Shown: positions 41,567 through 51,078 of the stretch, piece by piece | Layout of the letters: every line of letters starts with the position of its first letter | Position numbering within the stretch: position 1 is the first letter of the stretch | Origin: Promethearchaeota archaeon | GTDB taxonomy: Archaea; Asgardarchaeota; Lokiarchaeia; Sigyniarchaeales; SOKP01 | Assembly: GCA_016840085.1 (NCBI GenBank) | Contig: JAEOTA010000012.1 | Span: 96,001-160,000 of the forward strand | DNA length: 64,000 bases | Direction: 5' to 3' | Made by a program: the position numbers and the translations under genes | Notes under the pieces: model-generated | Database searches by the model: none | What the model was told of the DNA's origin: nothing | Seen by the model: the letters and a program-made list of their open reading frames with translations, nothing else

Positions 41567-42775
41567 TTAATTTAATTTCATTTTTTTTAACTCTACTCTT
41601 TTTTTTAAATTCCTTTTTTTGATGATATAATGAACAACTATGAAATAGAAAAACATAATTCCTACCACGCTCATTGTAGTAATCGGGATAAGATCCTCAA
41701 AATCGAACTCATTAGAACCTTTAATGACTGATATTACCGTTATTTTAATCTTGTAATCTATTTTTAAATCAAAAGAAGAAGAATAAAAAGGTGTTGTGAA
41801 AAAACTATATAAAGTGAGATTGTCAGGGAAAAAAAATCTTGAGCCGATGACTTCAGTAAATCGAAGATAATCGATTGTGTTAAAATAATCAAAATATTCT
41901 CCGTGCCACGTGGGATCACATTGAATCCACCCAATATTATTGATATAATACTCTACCCATGCATGCCTCATAATATCTTTATTGGTATAACTCCACACGT
42001 CTCCGACTTTTGGTTTCAGAGTTGGATCATTAGATACCAAGAATCCTATCACACGTCTAGCGGGAATTCCTTGTATCCTTAATAATGTCACTAATAAACT
42101 TGAGAATTCTGAACAATCACCCTTTCTATTTCGATATGTCCAACTAGCCCCTTTATCTCCTTTGTGAATTTCATAAGTTATAGATTGACTAACCCAGTTG
42201 AATATCTTTTTAGCTTTCTCAATGGGATTATCGGTTGACCCAACTATACTATGTGAAGCCTTTATCAGTTCAGGATCATTTATATTATAGAGCTGATCTG
42301 GTTTTCTACAATATAATTCAAATATCTTAGTGGAATAATCATAAGGAAGTATATCTTTTTCGTGAATATTGAATTTTACTTTGCTCAATCGTATTTTATA
42401 TTGATATTTCATAGAGATTTTATCATATTGATATAAAACCATTTTCATATAATCAAAAGTATTCGAATAATTATCATTATAAGTCGAGAGCGATTTAAGA
42501 TTTTTTTCAGAAGGCATTATGAAATTCTTTAACTGAGATTCTTGGTATGGGGTTTTATTATTAAGTCGAGCACATTTTAGATAGAGAGGAAAAACCGAAT
42601 CTTCATTATCTATAGAAAAATCCATTTCAACTCTGTAATCAACGCTATTTTGGATAATACCTGAGTTTCCAAGTGTGCTTTCATCATTCAAGGAAAAGAA
42701 AGTTAAAAAGCTAATATTAAACAGAATGCAATTTAGTAGTATTGTTAAGAATAAGAAAAATTCTTTAAATCGCAT
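41567..42775 (-). CDS. Transglutaminase-like surface protein
   Basis: GDCSEFS, GIPAR, HAWVE, DPTW catalytic triad; N- and C-terminal TM helices. Confidence 0.92.
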   Translation of the reverse strand: MRFKEFFLFLTILLNCILFNISFLTFFSLNDESTLGNSGIIQNSVDYRVEMDFSIDNEDSVFPLYLKCARLNNKTPYQESQLKNFIMPSEKNLKSLSTYNDNYSNTFDYMKMVLYQYDKISMKYQYKIRLSKVKFNIHEKDILPYDYSTKIFELYCRKPDQLYNINDPELIKASHSIVGSTDNPIEKAKKIFNWVSQSITYEIHKGDKGASWTYRNRKGDCSEFSSLLVTLLRIQGIPARRVIGFLVSNDPTLKPKVGDVWSYTNKDIMRHAWVEYYINNIGWIQCDPTWHGEYFDYFNTIDYLRFTEVIGSRFFFPDNLTLYSFFTTPFYSSSFDLKIDYKIKITVISVIKGSNEFDFEDLIPITTMSVVGIMFFYFIVVHYIIKKRNLKKRVELKKMKLN

Positions 42776-42830
42776 ACCATATTTTACGCGATTTCCTATT
42801 TAAACCCCTAAATTTTAAGAGATGTAGATC

Positions 42831-43388
42831 TTAACTATTTTCCATCTTTTTTCTCTTTCTATATTCTTTTTGGTATTGTTTCTTCTTTTCTTTGTTCTTT
42901 TGATAATACTCTTTTTGATAAGTCAATATTTTCTCTCTATTTTTATCTCTGTATTCTTTGTCGTATTCAGCTTTTTTCTCTGTATTTCCTTTAATATATT
43001 TCGCTATACGTTCCTTATTTTTTTGGTAGTATTCTCTAAAGTAAGCCTTTCGTTTTTGGTAATAATTATTCTTTCGTTGCCTATATTTTTTTTGTTGTTT
43101 TAAGATTTTTTCCCTATTTTCTCGATAATTCTTTTTAGCACTTTCGAGTAGTTTTTTCCTGTTTTGTTGGTAATATTTTTTATTGTACTCTTTCTGATAT
43201 TTTTCTGTTTTTTCCCTATTCCGTTCTTTATAGTCTTTCGTAAATTCATATGCACATTTTTTACAATAATAATTTAATCCATCTTTAGTGCTAGCTCTTT
43301 GGCAAAAATAATCTAAGGTCGTGGGATATAATTTCTTACAACCGCTACATCGTTTTTTGTTTTCCTTTGGTTGAATCGGCAAATCCAA
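42831..43388 (-). CDS. Zn-finger plus Y..KNREK repeat protein (phage endonuclease N-terminal type, no nuclease domain)
   Basis: CSGC...DGLNYYCKKC followed by basic helical repeats. Confidence 0.7.
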   Translation of the reverse strand: MDLPIQPKENKKRCSGCKKLYPTTLDYFCQRASTKDGLNYYCKKCAYEFTKDYKERNREKTEKYQKEYNKKYYQQNRKKLLESAKKNYRENREKILKQQKKYRQRKNNYYQKRKAYFREYYQKNKERIAKYIKGNTEKKAEYDKEYRDKNREKILTYQKEYYQKNKEKKKQYQKEYRKRKKMENS

Positions 43389-43555
43389 TATATATTATTC
43401 TTTATTTATAGAATTCAAAAGAACTAATAAAAACAAACCATTTTTTTAGTTTTTTATTGAATTCATATGTTTTATATCAGAAAAGAAAAAACCGTGCTTA
43501 AAGACCCCTATATTTAAGTTCATATTCGATCTGTTAAGGACTTGTTTTATGAATT

Positions 43556-43822
43556 ATGAATAATAGGACTTTTAATTCTATTTTTAAATCTGAAATTGAT
43601 AATAAAGTGGGATATTTAAATTCCTTAATTATTCAGTTCAAAAAATATAATTTTTCTATATTTGAACAATGTAGGAAAGCGAAAATTAGCAAAAGTGGAA
43701 TTGCTCGTATTTTAAATATATGTATATAGACACTATACCGACGATTATATGATCATGAAAATGAATATCAAGAAATTGAACAGAACTTAATAGAAAGTGA
43801 AGAAAATGAGCAAAAAATATAG
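43556..43822 (+). pseudogene. HTH protein with in-frame TAG (43727-43729)
   Basis: KSGIARILNICI*TLYRRL: stop falls inside the HTH. Confidence 0.55.
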
Positions 43823-43989
43823 TTTTAATATTTATCATGAGGAGCGGCTAAAATGAATTGGGAATATGATTGGTGGTGGTTCCTTCAATGCTATGCAATA
43901 ACCATCTTTAGACCTTTTTATTATATGGAAGAGATTAAAAAGATTAAAAGAAGTAAAAAGCATAAATTAGATATTATTCACAAAGGTGA

Positions 43990-44457
43990 ATAGAAGTAGC
44001 TGAAGAATTTAAAGTAATACTTGAAAGTCTTAAGAAAGAGCCTGTAGAGAATAAAGTAAATCAGCTTTTTGACGTTATCGAAGGGATGATGCACCTATTC
44101 CTAAAAGTTGTTGAAATGGTAGAGACAAACATTATTAGGTTAGATTCGAAGATAGATGAAAAAATTAAGTTCACAGACACTCAGATTAGGAGACTTGAAT
44201 TGATGGTTAAGGAAGGAGTCAAATCCGAGATTACCAAGAAGACAGAGTCAATAGTAAAGGAAATAAAGCCTGAGATCAGAGATATTGAGCCAAAAATAAA
44301 TCTTGATCAACTTAAACCTCCACCCTCTGTAATTCATGCAAATTCCTCTATGGTTCAACCAAAAGCCTCTACGAATCTCGTAAGCGGTCATGCTTCTATT
44401 CGAGGAGCATTAATAGGAGAATTAAAAGAACTGTTTAAATCGAGAAGAAAAGAATAA
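43990..44457 (+). CDS. Coiled-coil / Pro-rich / C-terminal amphipathic helix protein; start probably upstream of 44086
   Basis: Frame open from 43990 after GGTGA; LKPPPS; RGALIGELKELFKSRR. Confidence 0.65.
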   Translation: MEVAEEFKVILESLKKEPVENKVNQLFDVIEGMMHLFLKVVEMVETNIIRLDSKIDEKIKFTDTQIRRLELMVKEGVKSEITKKTESIVKEIKPEIRDIEPKINLDQLKPPPSVIHANSSMVQPKASTNLVSGHASIRGALIGELKELFKSRRKE

Positions 44458-45883
44458 TATCAAATCTTTTAAACCTTTCACTCAATATCCCTTTCGAGCT
44501 GTATTATATAGTTGTTTATTTACTCGTTAATAAAATTATAAGATTAATACTAAGCATTATAAAATATCTTGAAAATATTTCTCTTAGTATGTTTAAAATT
44601 AATTTAGAAATAGAATTTATGAGAAGCCCTAAAGATTTAAAAAAAATAACTTTAGGCTTTGATGACCAAAAAGAATTAACTAAATATGTAGTAAAAAGAG
44701 AAAAGCGATTGGATGAATGGTTATAGGGCTAACCGATATGCACACAATCACCTTTTTCTTAATTACTATATTACTTTTTTTTTTAAAAATGTTTTTATCA
44801 ATCTATTTCAATCCATTAATATGCATTAAAATCGATATTTTACGGGTTTGTATATCATTTAAGATAAAATAATATATTTAGATGATAAAAAACTGCTATA
44901 GACCTCCTTTTTATATCCTTAAGAAATGATGTTACATTTTAATGAGTATTAAGGAAGATGAAGCTCAAATAAAAAAAGAGCTCATTGAGCATCTGAAGAA
45001 ATATATAAAGCAAGAAGTTAAGGCTCAACTTGAAGAGCTCAAAAACCGATACAGAAAAGAGCTTTCTTATTTTAGTTTTCTTTAGTTTTTGTTTTCTGCT
45101 AATGATTATAACTCCAAATCTCTGTTATATAACTAATTACACCGATTCCTATAAAAGACATTCCTAACTTGTTGATATCCATAATAAGCATTGTTCGTAA
45201 TTCGAGCGATAGAACCTATACTGATTACTTTTCCTACATCTACCACTTTTTCAAATTCACCTTATTATTTCTTTATAATATATTATAAATATTTATGATG
45301 ATCTATAACTCTTTGCATCTGAAAATATAGAATATCACAATGATAAATATATCATAAATATCTTTTATATGTTTATGAAATACCATAATGATATTTGGAT
45401 ATAAAAAGAAATAAATTGAAAATACATATAACAGACCATAAAAAAAGTTCCCCTATTGTCTTTCATGTTTTATGTTATAATAATAAAACAAGCAAAGATT
45501 ACTGATTTTTATGATAGCACACTCAATTCTATCGGTCTACACCCTCTTTTTTTTAGAAAATTCTTAAACAGGTGGCGTAAAAGTTTCTTAATGAATTAAA
45601 AGAAGATAATGGTGATCTAAATGATTCGAAAATTACTTATGATGATTGATAATTGCTACTATTCATCATCCAAAAAAGTTTGAATCTGTTTTGGTGTTAA
45701 GATGTCATACATTTCAGGATATAGTTCTTTTATTTTTTCAAGAAAGAAACGAAATAAAAAAAGAAAAAGAACCTTATTAAGAAAGAGAAAACTTGAAAAT
45801 GTGTGTAATTTAAATATCAAAATTCGTATTCTATTTCACATCTAAGACCTAATTTCTAAAACACACTAATATAATGCATACCT

Positions 45884-46110
45884 TAGGGGGTTTATAATTT
45901 GCCCCCTACTCTTTCTTAAGTATGGTCTTTTTGGTATCCAATAAGCAAAATGCACATAAAAATCGTGTTCTTTAAATATTAAATTTCGCATCCTATATCA
46001 GTTTCAACTTGGTTTATTTCATTTTTAGAACCTTTTAGACTGGCATCTAAATGTTGAATATATACAAATCTCAGGGGGGTTTTCAATCATTTCCCCCCTT
46101 ACTCTTTCTT
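45884..46110. repeat. Two related G-tract/C-tract hairpins, each followed by ACTCTTTCTT
   Basis: TAGGGGG-11nt-CCCCCTA (45884-45908) and AGGGGGG-13nt-CCCCCCT (46073-46099). Confidence 0.7.
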
Positions 46111-46200
46111 TAATACATATCTCGATATTCTTGAGGTTTAAAATATTAAGTTTAAATTATATTTCACGAATAAAAATATCTACATGTATATTATCTAACT

Positions 46201-46515
46201 ATGCTTCTCGCTCAGAAAATCTGTATTTTTCCTTCAAATGACCAACAAAAAGTATTATGGGGTTTATCCGAGAAGTGTAGATTGCTCTATAATTTTTCTC
46301 TTCAAAATAGAAAGCTAAACTGGATTCAAGAGCAAGTGAAACCTAAGAAAGAAAGAAAATATATAACCTATAATGAGCAGAGCGCAACATTGTCATTATT
46401 GAAACAAAAATATCCGCAATATAAGTGGGAATATTCAAAAGTTCTTCAGCAAGTATTAAAGAAATTAAATGAAATATTATTCAAACTTTATGAATCAGAT
46501 TTAAGTAAGGAGTAG
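46201..46515 (+). pseudogene. tnpB: IS200/IS605 TnpB N-terminal fragment
   Basis: KICIFPSNDQQKVL...CRLLYNFSL...YSKVLQQVLKKL; RuvC and Zn finger absent. Confidence 0.85.
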
Positions 46516-46523
46516 ATAAAAAC

Positions 46524-46961
46524 ATGAGTGAAGAAATAAAGCAAATTACTAAGAAATTTTTTCTCAATCTTTCTGAAAAAGAAAAGTGGAACTTCATTGA
46601 AACAATGAAGAGGATTATAGAAGATTTGGAAATAAGAGCTAACAAAAACTGTGAAGAGTGTGAAAAGACAAATCTATCTACACACGATATTAACATCGAT
46701 CTTTTCTTTGAAGATTGGCGAGAGTGTTCTAACCACTGCGATAACTGTAGTAGAGAAGATCAGAAACGTATGTGTGATCTTCAATTCCAATTATTCAATC
46801 ATTTAGCTAATTCCTTTTTAGAATTACACAGGAGACATAATGTTCTTACTAAAATAGTGCTTAAAAAAGATGAGAGAGGCTCAGAATTATTAGAAGAATT
46901 TAAGAAGTTGCATGAAAAAAAGAAAAAATCTGATAAATTAGCAGATGACCTTTATCAATAA
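46524..46961 (+). CDS. Cys-rich helical hypothetical protein
   Basis: CEEC, CSNHCDNC, coiled-coil character. Confidence 0.7.
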   Translation: MSEEIKQITKKFFLNLSEKEKWNFIETMKRIIEDLEIRANKNCEECEKTNLSTHDINIDLFFEDWRECSNHCDNCSREDQKRMCDLQFQLFNHLANSFLELHRRHNVLTKIVLKKDERGSELLEEFKKLHEKKKKSDKLADDLYQ

Positions 46962-47078
46962 GTCTATTGAACTGAAAAATTGCTTTATCTTCTTACCTAA
47001 TTTGGTGAATACTTCCATTTCTCCATGAGTTCATGTAGAATCTTTGATTTATCAATGAAAATAGTAGTACACAGGATA

Positions 47079-47837
47079 TTAGTCATTTTTCTTCGTGAGA
47101 TTTTCAAAAAGCCTGTCCTGGATTTTGTTATCTATTTCTCGTGATAAATTATCTAGTATGTCTTCCGGCGCATTGGGTAGATATTCAAATAATTCCTTAT
47201 GAATTATTGAATTGAATCCATCAACTAAATCATCAATAATAAGATGTCTTTGTAAGCAATTTGTTCTATGTGATTGAATTAAACTTTCATTTAAGTTTTT
47301 AAGCCAATATTTTCCATTTTTCTCTAAAATTTGAATTATTTCTCTAGATTTTGCTGCGTTAAAATGCTTAAATTCAGTTTCATATTTTACTAACTTTTCT
47401 TCGAAATATTTCATAATACCCGCCTTCCTTCTTGAACTCAAATCTATATTGGAATTGAGAAAGATGATAATCATGTATTGGTCAAACAAAAAATGTATTT
47501 GAACTTTAATATTGGATCCCCCGATTTCTAAATTTTCTAAGTTTTGAATATTAATTTCTCCCGAAAAAGATTTAAAAGCACTTAAATAACCTGAAATCAA
47601 ATTGATGTCTATTTCTATTTGATTATCATTTTCAGATTTCAAATAAGATTTAATTGGCCCATAACTACTTTCTTCTAAAGAGTATTCAAAAACCATTAAT
47701 GCATTTCCGTATATATCCGCCAATATAATACCAATCACTGGCGGAGTTTTATTAAAATCATATGAGAAGTATGCGATCTCATTTATTTTCTCATGTATGA
47801 CATTAACATCATATTGAACTTTATTATAGGTTTTCAT
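47079..47837 (-). CDS. Longin/roadblock-like domain protein
   Basis: IGIILADIYGNAL...LISGYLSAFKSFSGEI pattern typical of Asgard longin-like domains. Confidence 0.6.
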   Translation of the reverse strand: MKTYNKVQYDVNVIHEKINEIAYFSYDFNKTPPVIGIILADIYGNALMVFEYSLEESSYGPIKSYLKSENDNQIEIDINLISGYLSAFKSFSGEINIQNLENLEIGGSNIKVQIHFLFDQYMIIIFLNSNIDLSSRRKAGIMKYFEEKLVKYETEFKHFNAAKSREIIQILEKNGKYWLKNLNESLIQSHRTNCLQRHLIIDDLVDGFNSIIHKELFEYLPNAPEDILDNLSREIDNKIQDRLFENLTKKND

Positions 47838-48258
47838 AAACTAAGTGATCTGAAATAATTTAAAATTTGTATTTCATATATTTTCTCAATAATTATAAAC
47901 ATAAAAGAGGGTGCCGGTTTTAACAAGAGGAGGATTTTGCCTTTATATAGGGCGCCGACAAAAACAACCCAGCAATTAGAAATCCAATTTACGGCTTACT
48001 ACTTATTTTTTAATATATGAGTTCAAAAAGATATACCAAATTTAATTACTCTTTCAAATGAATTGGAATACTCATTTCTCTTTTAGGGCATTCTAGAATC
48101 AAACATTCAAGGCAAGTCCAAAAGGGTTTCATTTATTTGGTGATAATACAAATTTCTATAAAAGGATGTTCTAGAGGCCTCAACCGATCAAGAAGTAACA
48201 GATACCATTCTTAGATTACTAAAAAATAGAATTATTAAAAAAGAGTTTGAAGTTAAAT

Positions 48259-48963
48259 TTATATTAAAGTCTTTAATATTTTTATTTTATTCTCTGCCTT
48301 CTCATCGTACGGATCCATTTTGATAATAGTATCATAACAACCAAAAGCTTTTTTAAAATGTTCCAATTCAATATATATTTTACCCAGCTTATTTAATAGA
48401 ATCTTATCATCTAAGAAAATATCTACTGCTTCTTTTAGAATTTTGATGGCATACTTTAAATCTCCCAATTTCTCATAGCATTTTACTAAGTTAAAGTAAG
48501 AATCGAAATCAAACATATCAACTGACAATGCTGCTTCATAATATTTAATCGCAATCTGATACTCATATAAATTCATATAGCAATTACCTAAATTAAAAAG
48601 GGCAAAAGCGTTTAGTGGATCCATTTTTATTACCCTTTCAAAACACTTGATAGCTTCATTATATTCTTCCAATCTAAAATAAAGCGTTCCCAAATAAAAC
48701 CAGGTATCTAAAAATTGAGGTTTAATTTCTATACATTTTTTCCAATATTTAATTGCTTTTTTATTTACTCCAATTGTTGCGTAAATTACTCCCAAATTAA
48801 ATAAAACTCTAAGATCTTGAGGGTCTATCTGTAAAGTCTCTTTATATTTTTTGATAGCAAATCCATAATCTTCTATATCAACACACAAATCCCCCATTTT
48901 CATTAAATCTTTGATTTTTAACCAATCTTCTTTCTCTTTTTTTTTTTCATCTATTTCTGTCAT
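48259..48963 (-). CDS. TPR repeat protein
   Basis: About six 34-aa repeats (FNLG..Y.....Y..AI......). Confidence 0.93.
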   Translation of the reverse strand: MTEIDEKKKEKEDWLKIKDLMKMGDLCVDIEDYGFAIKKYKETLQIDPQDLRVLFNLGVIYATIGVNKKAIKYWKKCIEIKPQFLDTWFYLGTLYFRLEEYNEAIKCFERVIKMDPLNAFALFNLGNCYMNLYEYQIAIKYYEAALSVDMFDFDSYFNLVKCYEKLGDLKYAIKILKEAVDIFLDDKILLNKLGKIYIELEHFKKAFGCYDTIIKMDPYDEKAENKIKILKTLI

Positions 48964-49296
48964 TTTTTACCACCTCGCCTTTTTTAATAAAAAAAATTTA
49001 TTATAGTTGAAATGGAATTTATTGATAAGTCTATTTAAAGAAAAAATGGTGTTATGAACGAATTTACTAAATTGGGTTTATTTAAAGTAAAATACTCTAT
49101 CTCCTTTTTTTAAAGAAATTTTGATCATTCTTATGAGGAAGATGTCTATTTAGCCAATTTCTTAAATATAGACGAAAAAACTGAGGATTTAGACCAATGG
49201 AATTAAGCTTGATATTTAAAAAATCAGAAATTTTTGTTTGTATTATCCTAAATTTAGTTTTTTCATATTTCCTGATGGTAAGGAGATATTTTAAAA

Positions 49297-50202
49297 TTAT
49301 TTATCTGAAAATTCAATAGTATATCCTTTTTTAGGTTCCAGAGATTTTATCATATCATTTAATCCTAAGTTTGAAAAGATTTCTTGTGTAATGAATGTAA
49401 AATATTTAATCATATTTTCTTTTAAATTTGCAATGTAAATCTTATCGTTAAATAATTCTTACCCTGAATCATCTATTATACATTTCATCTTTTTAATATA
49501 GGTATCTGAGATTTTCCCACCATTATGAACAATGATATTTCGTCTATAATAACTTTCTCTTAGATCATTCCATTCTTTAAATTTTTCTGTAATTTCAATT
49601 TGAAAAAATTTTTTTAAGAACTTTTCTGCAAAATCATCAATATCCGAATAAAATATATCATTCATCTTTTTATAAGCTAAATATCTGTTGAGATCTTCCA
49701 TTTTAGAGAAATCTATGATTTCCTGATAACTAACCAGATGTTTACTCTTCAACTTTTCAGGTTTAAAGCAAAAAACTTCAGTAAAGAAATCTTTATTAAA
49801 TGCTTCAAATTGACAAATTAAATAGATATGTACCATATTGTAAAACCATTTTTTATATCGTTTTTTATTGAAAATTCGACTAATTTGCATTATTAGCTCA
49901 GAAAAAAGTTCTCCAGATTTTTTACTAAACTTTGTTTTAGAACCTATCTGAGTTTTATTTTCATTTTTTTCAATAAAGTTATCTATTAAACTCACTAAGT
50001 GTTTCAACAAATCTATAAAATCTCCTTTCTCCTCATCTTTTTTGACAAGATCACTAATAGGAAGATCTTCAAGCGAATCTTCGATATCCAGCTCGATAAA
50101 ATTTGAAACATCTTTAAAAAAGTTAAATAAATTTAAGATATCATCTCTATATTTATTAAATATACTGATCAATGGTTGAATAAAATTAGTATCTGAATTC
50201 AT
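49297..50202 (-). pseudogene. HEPN-family protein with premature TAA at 49459-49461
   Basis: LICQFEAF, RRNIIVHNGG; frame stays open for 53 codons after the stop. Confidence 0.65.
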
Positions 50203-50619
50203 CTTAATACAATATAAACATTTAAGACTATAATATATATAAAATATTTTTCAAGAATTTAATTAACAACAATAGATATGGATAATTCTTTAATCATAAT
50301 ACAAATTTAATTATTATTATATTTTGGGTAGAACCATCTATTTTTGGATAAATTATTTTATTTGAATAGATTTATTTACATCATAGTTCTTTTCTTTTGA
50401 AACTAATTAATTTTTTATATTTATAGATAGTGGATTTTAGGATTAACAATTAATATTATAGAAAGCTGAATATAAAAATGAAATACCTACATATGAAATT
50501 GAAATGGAACTACTGATAGAGGGGTTTTATCAGTATCCAAATTTTAAAAAAGTCGTCAAGGAGAAAAGTATAGAAGCAGATAAAATAAGAAAAAAAAAGA
50601 ATCTATAAAGGCTTTCAAG

Positions 50620-50745
50620 ATAAAAAGCCACTCCTGCTAAAGCAGATGGTTAGGAATACTGGTTGTTTTGTCAATATTCTTTATTAAGAATAAATATTCT
50701 GTTCCAACAAAATATATAGAATAGTGGGTATATATTTTACAACTG
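50620..50745 (+). pseudogene. Second degraded copy of the AbrB-like gene at 14817-15140
   Basis: KATPAKADG*EYW...FIKNKY...E*WVY. Confidence 0.55.
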
Positions 50746-51078
50746 CTTATTCAAAAATTTTTCCTATAAAATAATCCAATAAAATAAAACTATTTTTGCC
50801 ATAATGATTTTCCAAAACCATTTGTTTTCAATTGATACCATCTAAAATTACTGCCAAATCTGTGATACAGAAAATTAATGAATCCAAATATTTATTATCT
50901 GTATTTTTTATGATTATTTTTCTGAATATGCCCTTAAAAATCAAAAAAATATATGAAATTATAGTATCACCTTTACTGGATAGATCTCACTATGTAAAGG
51001 TATACTTTTATTTATGATACGATTTGTTGATATTGAGTTAAAATGAATAATTTTGTTCAAATATAAATCATAAATAAG

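Noticed and set aside
42831-43388. HNH homing endonuclease
   Set aside because: Only the Zn-finger and basic repeats; no nuclease motif before the stop
46201-46515. Active TnpB / complete IS605
   Set aside because: Only ~100 N-terminal residues; no RuvC, Zn finger or tnpA
47905-47960. AGGG(T/C)GCCG direct repeat as a structured RNA
   Set aside because: Two 9-mers only; no convincing fold or family signature
34879-50202. Stop-codon reassignment explaining the in-frame TAA/TAG
   Set aside because: TAA, TAG and TGA all end intact genes in this window; isolated nonsense mutations are simpler
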